A stretch of DNA of 64,000 nt from Acidobacteriota bacterium (GTDB lineage Bacteria > Acidobacteriota > UBA890 > WLXD01): the NCBI GenBank assembly GCA_965205505.1, contig CBDBHB010000007.1, forward strand, positions 224,001-288,000, in the 5' to 3' direction. Each line of letters opens with the position of its first letter. The first letter of the stretch is position 1. This document shows positions 39,555-50,935 of the stretch, in pieces. Made by a program: the position numbers and the translations under genes. A model generated the notes under the pieces. The model was given only the letters and a program-made list of their open reading frames with translations, was not told the origin of the DNA and made no database searches.

Positions 39555-41378
39555 TCACCACCCCAACACATAATCACTCTTCGCCGGACTGACCCCTCCG
39601 AACATCACTCCGCTTTCCGGGTCGATCATCAACATCTTCACGGCGCCCGCGCCTGATGTTGCCATCCGATAGGGTTGTTGCAGCGGTACCACCTCCACTC
39701 TGTGGCCCCGCCGGCCCAGCTCCTCGCTGATGACTTCTCCCAACACCGACGGCATGGTGAGCATGCCGCGCATCCGACCGGGATACATCGACGCCGCGAA
39801 GGCGCTGCTGGTCACGGTGGCGGCCTCGACCGCCTGCTGCACGTTCATGCCGAAGTGCACGACCGCGAGAAACGCTTGCAGCATGGCTTGCGGCTGGTTG
39901 TCTCCGCCGGGCGTGTTCCACGCCAGATACGGCTTCCCGTCCTTCAGTGCGAGCGCCGGGTTGACGGTGTGTCTGGTGCGTTTACCCGGTACGAGCTCGT
40001 TCACGTCCCCCTCGTCCAGCGAGTAGTAGGGCATGCGGTTGTTCAGAACGATGCCGGTCCCATCCACGAACATGCCACTGCCGAACGTGCCGTTCACGCT
40101 GTGTGTGACTGAGACGAGGTTGCCGAACCGGTCTGCGATGGAGAACGACGAGGTCTCGCCACTTTCTTCCTGAGCCGCTGCGGGCCGCTCTACGGGCAGT
40201 GATTCGGCTTGGTACTCTGCCGCTGCACCGTCGACCACTGCGCGTTCCCGTCGTGGGTCGCCGGCAGGCGCCACCGTCATGGCGCGGTCCATCCGGATAA
40301 GCTCGCGGCGCTTTGCCGCATAGTTCTTGGAGAGCAGCTCGTCGGTCGGCACGTCGGCAAACTTGGGATCGGCTACGTAGCGGTTACGGTCGGCGAACGC
40401 CAACTTCATCGCCTCCGTAACGACGTGGATGTAGTCCACCGAGTTGTGTCCCATCTCGACCAGATCGAACTCCTCGAGGATGTTGAGCGCGATGAGCATG
40501 ACGATCCCCTGCGAGTTGGGCGCGCTCTGGTATACGTCGAGTCCGGCGTAAGTCGTCGATATGGGAGACGTCTCTTCGGCGTCGTAGGCCGCGAGGTCCT
40601 CGTACCGCAAGAGACCTCCCTCCCGCTCGTAGACGCTCCCGATGCGCCTGGCAAGGTCGCCGCGATAGAGCACGTCGATGCCGCCGCGGGAAATCGCCTC
40701 CATAGACCGAGCGAGGTCACTTTGCACGTACACGTCACCGGCACCAAGCGGGTGCCCTTGCGGCATGAGCACCAAGAGTGAAGACGGGTACGGAGAGATC
40801 TTCTCGACTGCCCGCGCGTGGTACCCGGACGCCCAGAAATCCACCGGGTGGCCTTCGCGCGCAGCCCGAATGGCGGGTGCGAGAACCTTGGCGTAATTCA
40901 TCGTTCCGTATTCGCGGAGCGCCAAGTCGAATCCGCCTGCCGCGCCAGGAACGTCGGTCGCCAGAGGGCCCGCGTCCGGGATCTCGCCGAGCTCCGTGTA
41001 GTACTCACGCGTTGCCAAAGCCGGTGCGGGCCCGGTGCCGTTGATGAACACCACTCGGTCCTCGGCGCCGAGGTAGGCAAGTATGAACCCGTCTCCGCCG
41101 ATGCCGGCCTGATGCTGCTCGACCACCGTGGTCATGTAGAACACCGCGGCGGCTGCATCGAACGCGTTGCCCCCCGCCCGCAGGATCTCCATTCCAGCGA
41201 TCGTCTCGAGTGGATGTTCCGCCGCCACCATTCCAAAGGTGCCCATTACCACCGGGCGCCAGAACGGCCTCTCGTCCGGTTGTTGTGCGAACAACCCGCT
41301 GACGTCGAGGGTGGTGGTCGACAGCAACATGGCCAACACCACAAGAATCTTGAGTACTAGTCGGGTACCGGGTTGCAT
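39555..41378 (-). CDS. Gamma-glutamyltransferase family protein, N-terminus from kinase leader
   Basis: GGNAFDAA, GIGGDGF, APNSQG, ETSSFS (Thr nucleophile), PGKR, TPGGDNQPQ; starts MQPGTRL. Confidence 0.92.
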   Translation of the reverse strand: MQPGTRLVLKILVVLAMLLSTTTLDVSGLFAQQPDERPFWRPVVMGTFGMVAAEHPLETIAGMEILRAGGNAFDAAAAVFYMTTVVEQHQAGIGGDGFILAYLGAEDRVVFINGTGPAPALATREYYTELGEIPDAGPLATDVPGAAGGFDLALREYGTMNYAKVLAPAIRAAREGHPVDFWASGYHARAVEKISPYPSSLLVLMPQGHPLGAGDVYVQSDLARSMEAISRGGIDVLYRGDLARRIGSVYEREGGLLRYEDLAAYDAEETSPISTTYAGLDVYQSAPNSQGIVMLIALNILEEFDLVEMGHNSVDYIHVVTEAMKLAFADRNRYVADPKFADVPTDELLSKNYAAKRRELIRMDRAMTVAPAGDPRRERAVVDGAAAEYQAESLPVERPAAAQEESGETSSFSIADRFGNLVSVTHSVNGTFGSGMFVDGTGIVLNNRMPYYSLDEGDVNELVPGKRTRHTVNPALALKDGKPYLAWNTPGGDNQPQAMLQAFLAVVHFGMNVQQAVEAATVTSSAFAASMYPGRMRGMLTMPSVLGEVISEELGRRGHRVEVVPLQQPYRMATSGAGAVKMLMIDPESGVMFGGVSPAKSDYVLGW

Positions 41379-41387
41379 GGTGCTGCC
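41357..41387 (-). repeat. Kinase leader copy D (fused to GGT)
   Basis: ggcagcaccATGCAACCCGGTACCCGACTAG. Confidence 0.75.
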
Positions 41388-41528
41388 CACAGTCGGATCA
41401 CCTCGAGCGTTGCTTGGTCTGCTGGATTCCGCAAGGATACCGCCGAAGCGAAAGCAGTCGAATACAAGCCAGTTTGCACTTTCCTACGAGGATCAGCTTG
41501 CTGGCTGAAAGAGACGCGGCCGACGCCA

Positions 41529-41600
41529 CTAGTCGAGTACCGGGTTCCTTGGCGCTGCCAGAGCAGGGTGAGTGAGCGCCTGAAACCTATCGCCAGAGCG
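41529..41600 (-). repeat. Kinase promoter/leader module copy E (orphan, ATG>AAG)
   Basis: cgctctggcgaTAGGTTtcaggcgctcactcaccc..ggcagcgccAAGGAACCCGGTACTCGACTAG. Confidence 0.85.
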
Positions 41601-41632
41601 GGCGAGGGACTGACCCGATCGCAACAGCTTCG

Positions 41633-42286
41633 TTAACTGGACAGGGCGAATGCGACCACCCCGATCAGGCCTACCGTGATCCCTGCCGCCCGCATCGCCA
41701 TGTCTCGCCCCGGCAAAGCTCGATCGTCGAATCGCCGTGCAACTGCGAATGCCCCCATCGCCACGGCATACTGGATCATTGCGAGTCCGAGCAAATAGCC
41801 GAAAATGGGCGTCGGCTCCGCTCCCACGATCGATTCGCCATAGGCGTAGCCATGAAAGGCTCCGGCGAGCGCCAAGCCGACCACGAGCCGCGACCGGCGA
41901 ACCTTCCTGTCCACGGCCAGGAACACGCCTGCGGCGACAACCGTAACTGCGACCGCGACCTCGCCCCCGGCGACGGTGACTCCCGTCAGGCGAAGCACAC
42001 AGCCTGCCATGGAGGTGCTCAAGAAAACGACCGGAAAGATGCCTCCTTTTGCGAAAGCCGCCGCGATAATCCCGACCGCGAGGATGAATGCGAGATGGTC
42101 AGGGCCGATGACCGGATGGGCAAGACCGGAGAAGAATCCTCCGAGAACGCTACGGGGCGCCGCGTCACCAATCATGTGATGCGCCATGGCTTCCTGTGGT
42201 TGAGTCAAGAGCACGACCGTGAGCGTCGCGAGAACTTTGCGCGCCGCAGCGGTTCGCGCAAACCAGGTATGTTGGCGAAAACCCAT
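41633..42286 (-). CDS. HupE/UreJ family Ni/Co transporter
   Basis: AHH leader end, GLAHPVIGPDHLAF, FHGYAYGE; lies downstream of the NHase genes. Confidence 0.9.
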   Translation of the reverse strand: MGFRQHTWFARTAAARKVLATLTVVLLTQPQEAMAHHMIGDAAPRSVLGGFFSGLAHPVIGPDHLAFILAVGIIAAAFAKGGIFPVVFLSTSMAGCVLRLTGVTVAGGEVAVAVTVVAAGVFLAVDRKVRRSRLVVGLALAGAFHGYAYGESIVGAEPTPIFGYLLGLAMIQYAVAMGAFAVARRFDDRALPGRDMAMRAAGITVGLIGVVAFALSS

Positions 42287-42381
42287 GCTTTGTCCTCCCC
42301 TCTCGACCTCGTCTGCTACACCCAGAACCGATCGCTCACGCACAAGATGATCCCCTCGCGCTGGAAGGCGCATGAGGTGCT

Positions 42382-42762
42382 TCAATCCGACGGACGGAGC
42401 ACGACCGGTTCTCCGTGCGGCGTGTGCCGGTAGGCGTCAGTCCAGGCCTCCTTGCGCTCGAGGAGCGCCGGCGAATCCGTTAAGCCCTTCTCCGTGACCA
42501 GCCGCTCGAGGGCGGCCACCCAATGGTGGTAGTACCGCGAGCCATCGTCTGGCTCGCCGCGCGCCGCGGCCGCACTGAGCTCGTCGCCGAGTGCGTGCGA
42601 CCATTCTTTCCAGGTGAAATATCCCTGCTCAGAGAGCTTCACGGCGAGGGCGAACGCCTGCGCCTGCCATGGTCCCGCAAACACCGGCCCTTCCTCGTCT
42701 CGAGGGAGCGGCGGCAACGCCTGGAGGCGCTCGGGGTCGAGTCGTCGATCAGGCCGGCTCAA
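42382..42762 (-). CDS. Nitrile hydratase accessory/activator protein (P14K-like)
   Basis: TTG start with GGAGG overlapping the nthB end; GPVF..PWQAQAFALAV, YYHHWVAALERL, AYRHTPHG. Confidence 0.88.
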   Translation of the reverse strand: MSRPDRRLDPERLQALPPLPRDEEGPVFAGPWQAQAFALAVKLSEQGYFTWKEWSHALGDELSAAAARGEPDDGSRYYHHWVAALERLVTEKGLTDSPALLERKEAWTDAYRHTPHGEPVVLRPSD

Positions 42763-43384
42763 GGTAGTCCTCCCACAAGTCGGCATACACGGTGTCGCGC
42801 GCCACGGCCCGGTCGCCCCAGAGATCGCGGGCGGAGAACTGCACCGTGTACACATGCTGCGGGCGGTCACCGAGCCTCTGTCCATTCTCGTCGGTGTCCT
42901 GCAGGGCGAAGATGCCATGGTCCCGGATCACGGTTCCGCGCTTGCCGCGTGTGTAGCGCGGTAGCCGTATGTGACCACGCGCGTGTATGTTGCGGGCGCG
43001 CACGCGCTGCTGCGGACGGAACAGCGGGCTCACCGGAACACCCGGCCGCTCGGACTCAGGCGACGCACCTGTCGACGCCAGGGGTGGTGCCGGCGGCGGC
43101 CGGTTCGGGTCGACCTCACCGCTCTCGAGCTCGGCGGGTGTCGCGAGATTGTTCCTGAGCACCCCATTGACAAGTATCGTGAACCAGCGCTCGTAATACG
43201 ACATGCGCAAATAGTCGGCCGCCGGGATATTTTCGAGCTCGAACCTGAAGCTCCTCCCGAGGGAGATTGTCATGGAGAGCGCGAAAACCCGGCGTTCCCA
43301 GGCCTCGTGAAACACGGGCTCGTTGGGCTCCGGCTCGATGGGCCCCATGCCGGCCATCCCACCCATGTCGTGAATGCCGTTCAT
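42749..43384 (-). CDS. nthB: Nitrile hydratase beta subunit
   Basis: [44 protein letters not shown]. Confidence 0.96.
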   Translation of the reverse strand: MNGIHDMGGMAGMGPIEPEPNEPVFHEAWERRVFALSMTISLGRSFRFELENIPAADYLRMSYYERWFTILVNGVLRNNLATPAELESGEVDPNRPPPAPPLASTGASPESERPGVPVSPLFRPQQRVRARNIHARGHIRLPRYTRGKRGTVIRDHGIFALQDTDENGQRLGDRPQHVYTVQFSARDLWGDRAVARDTVYADLWEDYLEPA

Positions 43385-44112
43385 GCGCCGCCTCCCGCTT
43401 GCGGCGACGCGACCTTTGCGACGCCTATCATCGAGTCGCGCGTGATGATCTCAGCGAGTTGCACCTCGGTCATGTTCGCCGTGCCGGTCGGCCGCTCCGG
43501 TAACACCAGGTAGCGAATCTCGGCCGTGCTGTCCCACACGCGCACCTCGACGTCGGCGGCGAGCTCGAGATCGAACTCGCGAAGAACCCCGCGCGGATCG
43601 ATCACCGCTTGGGCGCGGTATCCCGCGGACTTGTACCACACCGGTGGGAGGCCAAGCGTTGGCCACGGATAGCAGGAACAGAGCGTGCACACCACCAGGT
43701 TGTGGACCTTCGGTTCGTTCTCGACCACCACCATGTGGTCGCCTTCATCACCGCCATACCCCAGCTCTGCGATCGCCTCGGTGGCGTTGGCCAACAAGCG
43801 CGCCTTGTAAGCGGGATCGACCCAGGCACGCGCCACGACCCGGGCACCGTTGCGGGGACCGATCTTGTTCTCGTAGTTATCGATCAGCGCATCAAGGTCC
43901 GCGGGGTCGACCATCTCCTTCTCGACAAGCACCGATTCCAGCGCCCTGACCCGCAGCGCGATATCCGAAGGCACGGTCTGGTGGTCATGATCCTCTGTAG
44001 GGGGTTGCGGTGTGCCCGCGACCCGTCCTTCTCCGACAATCGAAGCGGTGACCGCGGCCGCACCCTTCAGGAACTTCCGCCGGCCAACTGCCTCGTCTTC
44101 GGTCTTCGCCAC
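43381..44112 (-). CDS. nthA: Co-type nitrile hydratase alpha subunit with RR leader
   Basis: VCTLCSCY (Co-type), [28 protein letters not shown]; N-terminal GRRKFLKG. Confidence 0.96.
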   Translation of the reverse strand: MAKTEDEAVGRRKFLKGAAAVTASIVGEGRVAGTPQPPTEDHDHQTVPSDIALRVRALESVLVEKEMVDPADLDALIDNYENKIGPRNGARVVARAWVDPAYKARLLANATEAIAELGYGGDEGDHMVVVENEPKVHNLVVCTLCSCYPWPTLGLPPVWYKSAGYRAQAVIDPRGVLREFDLELAADVEVRVWDSTAEIRYLVLPERPTGTANMTEVQLAEIITRDSMIGVAKVASPQAGGGA

Positions 44113-44196
44113 CTCTGATACTCCTCTCAGGAAGGAGTAGCAGTATATTCTCGTGCCGGCCGAACGCCCAGAGATCCTTGTGATAGAAAGCCGCGC

Positions 44197-47125
44197 ATGA
44201 AGAGTCTCTCGTCGATTGCCTCCGTACTGGGAACGGCGGTGATCCTCTCGCTCGCGGCGGGCGCCTGTTCCTCTCCCGACCCGATCGACGAGACGGGGTC
44301 GGAGCCGCCTGGCGATCTACCGCTGATGCCGGATTGGGACGCAGAGCGCAGCGAACGGCTGGCGTTCTCAGGCGAACGGTTTCGCACGCCGGAAGGCTTC
44401 CGGGTGGAGGAAGTAGCCGGCGACGAGCTCATCGGCTCGGTGGTGAACCTCGCCTTCACCTGGGATGGACGGCCGATCGTGGCGCTCGAGCAACGAGGCC
44501 TTGTCGTTCTCGACGACGACGACGGAGACAATCGCTACGATCGAATGACGCGCATCTCGGAAGAGATAGAAACTGCTCACGGCCTCTATGTGCTCGGCCC
44601 GGGTGACCTGCTTGCTCATGCCGACGGACCGGCCGAGGGAGCCGGGCTCTATCGCGTGCGGGGCTGGCACGACGACCCCTCCGAGAGCAGCGTGGAGCTG
44701 CTACGACTGTCGAGCGGAGGGATCCAGGAGCACGGCCCGCACACGATTACCCGGGGTCCGGACGGAGCGCTCTACCTGCTCTTCGGCAATCATGTCTCCC
44801 CTGAGGTGGAGCCTTCGGTGCGCTCGCCACTTCGCTCGCTCGAAGAGGATCAGCTCCTGCCCGTCATTCTCGATCCACGCGGTCACGCAAACAGCATTCG
44901 CGCCCCGGGCGGAACCATCTGGAGAGTCGATCTCGAGGCCGATTCCTGGGAGCTGCTCGTGGGCGGCCTGCGCAATCCCTTCGACATGGCCTTTTCTCCC
45001 GCCGGTGGCCTCTTCGTCTACGAGGCCGACATGGAATGGGATAGAGGCCTCCCCTGGTACCGACCCACGAGAGTTTTGCATGCGATTCCGGCCGCTGACT
45101 ACGGCTGGCGAACGGGCGCCGGCAAAGTGGCGTTCGACAACATCGACACCCTCCCCAGCGTTGCCGACATCGGCCGTGGCTCACCGGTAGGGATGACCTT
45201 CTATCGCCACGACGCCTATCCCGCGGCCTTCGATGGCGCCCTCTTCCTCGGCGACTGGGCGCGCGGGCGCATACGAGCACTGATGCCACAGAAGCAAGGC
45301 GCCAGCTGGCAGGGAGAGCCGGTCGACTTCGTTCTCGGTGAGCCCCTCAATGTGACCGATCTCGCCGTCGGGCCCGACGGCTATCTCTATTTCACCACCG
45401 GCGGTCGCCAGACGACGGGCGGGCTGTTCCGAGTCGTGTACACGGGGCCCGACGGTGGCGGGATGGCAGGTGTGCAGGTCGGGGAAGGGAGCCCTGCGGA
45501 GGCGGCTCTGCGCCAACCGATGCCGCGATCTGCCTGGGGGCGGGCGGCCATCGAGCAACGGCGAGCGGAGACCGGCCAGAGCTGCGGAGACGGCCTCCGT
45601 GCCGCCGTGGAGGACGCAGCAAGATCGAGCCTGGAAAGACAGAGTGCTTTGGAGATCCTGCAGGTCTTCGGACCGCAGCCGTCTGTGGAGGATCTTGAGA
45701 GAAACCTGGCCACGGACGACGCAGGGCTGCGCGCCGCCATCGTCGCTCTTCTCGGCTCCCATAGAGACCCCGGCGTTTACATGGCACTTGCCGGCGCACT
45801 CGAAGACTCGGACGCCCGCACCCGGCGCCGCGCCGCAGAGGGACTCGTGCGCTCTGGCGCGCTGACTGCGGCCCAGGACCAGGTTCTCGACGCCGTGCTC
45901 GCCGGCCTGGCCCGCCGGCTCGACGAAGAGGATCGGTTCGTTCGCTACGCGGCACGTGAGGCGCTCGCTCGAGTGCACCCGGATCTCTGGATTCCCAGGC
46001 TGAAGCTCTCCGGGGCGCCGACAAACGCGTCGCTCGAGGCGCTCCTGGCCCTCGTGCATCGTCCGGGCCTCCCCAATGCCGAGCTCGTTTTCGAGCATTT
46101 GATCCTCTACGCCCGGGAGCGCCCCGGCGAGGCACTGCTCGGCTCCTTTCTGCGAGTGTTCGAGCTGGCTCTCGTGCGCGCTAGGGAGGCCGAGGTCGGC
46201 GTTGTCGGACTCGAGGAGTTGGCTCCGTCCATGATGAGGTGGTTCCCGACGGGCCGACGCGAGCACGACCGCAAGCTCGAGCGCATCCTGGCGTACCTCG
46301 CTCCGCCTGGTGTGACCGCCGCCCTGGCGGCGCGGCTTTCGCCGGACAGGATCCAGGAAGACGAGATCCACACGCTCTACGCCCTGCGCGCCATCGAAGC
46401 CGACTGGGAGGAAGGCGAGCGCCAGATGATCGTCGCCTGGTTCGACCGCGGCCGATCATTCGCCGGCGCCGCCAGCATGGTCGGCTACATCGACGCCCCT
46501 CTGGCAGCAGGTTCTGGCCAAGCTACCGCCGGCAGAACGCTTCCTGGCGCTCGACCGTCGACAAGCCTGGCTAGCGAAGGAAGGGGAGCGGATCGCGGCC
46601 CTGGTTGCCGCCGATGAGCTACCGAGCGAAGAGGAACGAAGCCAGCTGCGTCAGATGAGCTTCGACGAGTTGGCGGACTACGTCGAGTACGACGTAATGG
46701 CCTACGTAAGCTACGACCCGGACCGCGGAGAGAGGATTTTTCAGCGCGCTCGTTGCGCCGACTGCCACGTGTTCGGCAACGTAGGGCGTGGTGGCGGACC
46801 CGACCTCTCCACCGTCGTCAGCCGCTTCCGGCGCAGAGAGATCCTGGAGTCGATCGTTTACCCGTCGCGCGTGATCTCCGACCAGTACGGTGCCCTTCGC
46901 GTCGAGCTCCGAGACGGACAGTCGTACATCGGCATGCACGCCGACGAGAGCGACGACGACCTCACGCTGATCACGGCCGTCGGCGAGCGCGTCGTGCTCG
47001 ACAAGCACGAGATCGCTTCCCGCGAGGTCGCACACGTCTCCCTGATGCCGGAGGGCCTGCTCGAGGCCATGAGCTTCGACGACTTGATGAGCCTGATGCG
47101 ATACCTGGAGGAAGGCGCAAACTGA
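44197..47125 (+). pseudogene. PVC-type membrane-bound dehydrogenase-like propeller + HEAT + cytochrome c protein, frameshifted near 46497
   Basis: Lipobox AGAC; EHGPH, GLRNPFD, DMEWD, GRGSPVG; HEAT-like repeats; CADCH and GPDLS..SLMPEGL in the downstream frame; extra C in gacgcccctctgg. Confidence 0.8.
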
Positions 47126-47170
47126 GATCGCGTCCGGCGGCGGGCTCGACGCAAGCTGAGCGTACGTTTC

Positions 47171-47257
47171 CTACTCATTCCTCAGCGCTGCGAGAGGATC
47201 GACTCGAACCGCACGCCAGGCCGGCACCAGGCTGGCCACCAGCGATGTCGCCATTAT
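47171..47257 (-). pseudogene. ADOP permease C-terminal remnant
   Basis: IMATSLVASLVPAWRAVRVDPLAALRNE*. Confidence 0.8.
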
Positions 47258-47322
47258 CTACATCGAGAACATAGATGCTCGGCGAGAGTGAAAGGTTGGA
47301 ATCCGCGCGCTGCCCCGGGTGC

Positions 47323-49913
47323 TCAGCCCTCGCCCCGAGCGACATCCATGATCCAGATGTCGCCAAGGGCCTCCTCCCACGTGAAATAGAGAAAGTTGCC
47401 GTCGGTGGCGAGTGCCTCGCTTCCCGGTGCGCCGCGGCGACCAGCCAGGTCGGTGACTTGGCGTGCGGCACCGTCAACCACATCGATCTCCCACACGTTA
47501 CCGGCGCGGTGATCGACGCCGAGGGCATAGATGTGGGTGCCGTCCGGGGACCAATCGTGGTAGCCGAGGCCAGGCGGGCTGAGGGCCTCAGGGGAGCCTC
47601 CCTGGACAGGTACACGCCAGATCCGCACCCCATCACCTCGGTTCGAACGAAAGGCGATCCAATGACCGTCTGGCGACCACGTGGCCGAGCTGTCACCCGC
47701 CTCGTCGAACGTCATGCGTAGCGGCGTGCCGCCCTCGCGCGGCGCCACGTAGATGTCGTTGTTGAGGTCAGGACCTACGGCGCGGAAAGCCAACCGGCGC
47801 CCGTCTGGCGACCAGGCCGGTACGAACTGCTCGCCGACACCTGACAGCGGCACCGGCAGCGCCGCACCCCCGGCCGTCGGCATGATTCGGAGGGAACGGG
47901 CGCCATCGCGATACGCGTAGAGGGCGATCTCGGAACCATCCGGCGAGAACCGAGGAGACCAGTCGGGTTGGAGATCGGCGGTCAACTGCCGCATCTCGCC
48001 ACCCGTCGCTGGCAGCATCCAGATGTCCTTGTTGCCAGAGCGATCGGTGCTGACTGCCAAGTGCTCCGCGTCGGGAGATACGTCGACGAACTCGACCCAA
48101 GCCTGATCGAACGTGAGCTGCTCGGCGTCGGCCCACGTCGACATGCGGCTCGACAATATCGGCACGCGCCATAGGTTCGCCACGAACCGTCCTTTCGAGT
48201 AAGCAAGCTGCGACCGGTCAGGTGAGAATACCGCCTGCCGCATGCCAACACCGGCCGTGACCTGGACGGGCTCGCCATCGGGGCGCCCTGGCGCGTCCAG
48301 GCGCTGGCACCACATGTCCATGCTGGAGCCACGGTTCACCAGGTAACACAGGATGCTATCGCTCACCCACGTCGGGCTCAGATGGTGTAGCTCATCGGAT
48401 GTGATTCCCCAGCTCTCACGGTCAGAGAGCCGCAGGATGCGAATCTGCGAAGTCTCGTACTCGCGCTGCCACCCGGCGACGTAGGCAACGTGCGACCCGT
48501 CCGGCGACCAAACCGGATCGTAGCCGGGGACCTTACCCGGAAGGTCGACGCGCATCGTCGAACCTGACTCGAGGTTCATGACCTCGGCGTGACTGTCCGC
48601 CCAGGAGCGCACCACGTACAACAACTGCGTGCCGTCGCCCGACCACTGAGGGGGGCTCATGGGGATGTAGCGGACATCGGTTTGGACGCCCGGTGTCGAC
48701 GATCTTGCGAGGCAATCCTGCCAAGGCGTCGACTGCCCGTCCGGTGAATAGCTGGGATATCGATCTTCGCCGGCGTTGATCCGCGGTGCGGGTTGAGCGC
48801 ACCACTGCCGGGTTGGATGATCCATATGTCCCAATCACCGTCCTGATTGGACTGGTATGCGAGCGTTCGCCCGTCCGGCGACCAAGCCGGATAGTCCTCC
48901 ACGCCGGTTGCGCTGGTGACCTGCACCGGATTGACCAGCCTGAGTGTTGTGGGCTCCGAAGGTGCACCGAGCCATCCCCTGACCAGCCAGACGAGGCCGA
49001 CCCCGACAGCCACGAAGGCGAACAGAGCCGCCGTCGCGACTGCCACCGGGAAGACCCACTTTCGCGCCAGGCTGACCTCGATCCCGAGCTTCCCGAGGGC
49101 CTGCAGCAACTCCTCAGTGGATTGAAATCGGGCCTCGGGGTCCTTCTCGAGCGTTCGTGCGATCACTTGTCCGAGATGCGGCGACAGTCGCCCGTTGAGT
49201 CGCTCTGCAGAGACCGGCGTATGGTGGAGGATTGCGTCGAACACCGCCGCCGTCGTGTTGCCGTCGAACGGCCTCGTTCCGGTGGCCATCTCGTACCGCG
49301 TCACCCCGAGCGAGAACACGTCGCTTCGCGCATCAGTAGGCTCGCCCAGCAACTGCTCAGGCGACATATAGGGGACGGTGCCTATGGTCTGACCTGCTTG
49401 TGTCAGCTCCGTAGCTGCCTGCGTATCCTCCGAGGATTCTTCGAATAGCTTGGCGATGCCAAAATCCAGCACCTTCAACCGACCGTCGTCGGTCATCATG
49501 ACGTTGGCCGGCTTGATATCACGGTGAATCACTCCGTGGCGATGTGCAGCGTCGATTGCTTCCACCAGCGGAACCGCGAGCTCGAGCCACTCATCGGGTC
49601 GCAGACCGCCCTCCGGGATCAGTTCGTTGAGCGTCTTGCCCTGCACCAGTTGCATCGTGATGAAGGGCAGCGCGGCGCTGTCCTCGACCGAGTAAATGGT
49701 CACGATGCCTGGGTGATCGAGTGAAGCTAGGGTGCGAGCTTCCCGCTTGAAGCGCGCTATGCGCTCCGGATCGCCCGAAATGGCCCCGGGAAGAACCTTG
49801 ATCGCAACGTCACGGTCCAGGGTGGTATCCCGTGCTCGGTAGACCTCCCCCATACCGCCCGCACCGAGCGGCTTAATGATCTCGAAATGACCTAATCGGG
49901 TGCCGGGTTCCAT
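47323..49913 (-). pseudogene. Third Ser/Thr kinase-TolB/PD40 gene, frameshifted around 48780-48800
   Basis: MEPGTRLGHFEII, HRDIKPAN, DFG, TM helix; PD40 repeats continue in another frame (ORF 47323-48834). Confidence 0.85.
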
Positions 49914-49986
49914 GGCGCTGCCGTAGTAGGGCGGGGGAGCGCCTGAAGCCTATCGCCAGAGCGCACGAGATCCAACGTCAGGAGCC
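49892..49986 (-). repeat. Kinase promoter/leader module copy F (on kinase 3)
   Basis: ggctcctgacgTTGGAT(49975-49970)-N17-TAGGCT(49952-49947)tcaggcgctccccc..ggcagcgccATGGAACCCGGCACCCGATTAG. Confidence 0.85.
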
Positions 49987-50129
49987 GGGAGAGCCCCCTG
50001 GACCCGGACTCCAAGCCAGGCAACCACCCGTGTGCACCCGGAGTGCGCGCAGATGAGGGCGGACGGTCGCTCGCCAGCGCTCGCGTACTTGTGGACCTTC
50101 CGAGCGCATCGCCAGCACGCGGGCGCAAG

Positions 50130-50426
50130 AGGCTCGCCGGCCCTGCGACGGCGTTCGCGCGCAATGTGCTCGGCAAGGGACACTTTCAGCAGGCTCTGGT
50201 AGGGCACGTCTCGCTCGTTGGCGAGCGCTTTCAGCTCCTCGAGCAACGGCTGCGGCAAGCGCAGCGAGATCGTGGTGGTCGACGGCTTGAGTGCCGGAAA
50301 GGAGCCTCACACGGACTTGTCCCAATCGAAGTAGTCGACTACTTCGTTCTCTGCCCAGAACTCGCGCTCCTCGTCTTCGCTGGTCGGTTCGGGCACGTGG
50401 ACATGGCGCTTACGTTTTTTGCTCAT
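50130..50426 (-). pseudogene. BrnA/CopG-type antitoxin with in-frame TGA (50307-50309)
   Basis: SEDEEREFW..DYFDW, LKPSTTTISLRLP, DVPYQSLLK; 3' end approximate. Confidence 0.8.
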
Positions 50427-50496
50427 ACATCCTCCGCTCACGGCGGTCCATGTCACGAGCCGAGATGACTCGGATCAGCGTGTCTCGCCGCACGGT
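50410..50496 (-). pseudogene. BrnT toxin C-terminal remnant
   Basis: TVRRDTLIRVISARDMDRRERRMYEQKT* overlapping the antitoxin start. Confidence 0.8.
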
Positions 50497-50519
50497 CGTT
50501 TGTCCGGCCAACTGAGCTA

Positions 50520-50596
50520 TTGACAGGACATGTCCTATGTAGTCAACTACTATCATCTATGTAGTCAACTACTCTGCTGCCCACGTAGTCCACTTC
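50520..50596 (+). promoter_or_regulatory. Putative PadR operator array
   Basis: TTGACA at 50520; GTAGTCAACTAC at 50539 and 50561; degenerate GTAGTCCACTTC at 50585. Confidence 0.7.
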
Positions 50597-50611
50597 CGAC
50601 TGGATGCGACC

Positions 50612-50935
50612 GTGGCACGAATCACCTTCTCGACAGCGATCGTCCTGCAGGCGATTGCTACAGGTTACCGGTACGGCTTCGACATCATGGCAGCCACCGG
50701 ACTGCCCAGCGGCACCGTCTATCCGGCACTGCGCCGACTCGACCGTGACGGGTATCTAACGTCGAACTGGGAGGATCGCGAGGAGGCTCTCGAGGAGCAG
50801 CGCCCACCGCGGCGCTACTACGAGGTCGCGGAGGCGGGGCACCTCAGGCTGTCTGAGGCCCGCGGGCGCTTTCACGGTCTCGAACGGGTCGTACCGGAAC
50901 CGGCCCACGGCCCCGGGCCACGCGGAGCCGTCTAG
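50612..50935 (+). CDS. PadR family transcriptional regulator
   Basis: YGFDIM, LPSGTVYPALRRL, RPPRRYY. Confidence 0.92.
   Translation: MARITFSTAIVLQAIATGYRYGFDIMAATGLPSGTVYPALRRLDRDGYLTSNWEDREEALEEQRPPRRYYEVAEAGHLRLSEARGRFHGLERVVPEPAHGPGPRGAV

Noticed and set aside
50535-50597. Short direct repeats as a mini-CRISPR or iterons
   Set aside because: Spacers are only 5-7 nt, and the position upstream of PadR fits an operator.
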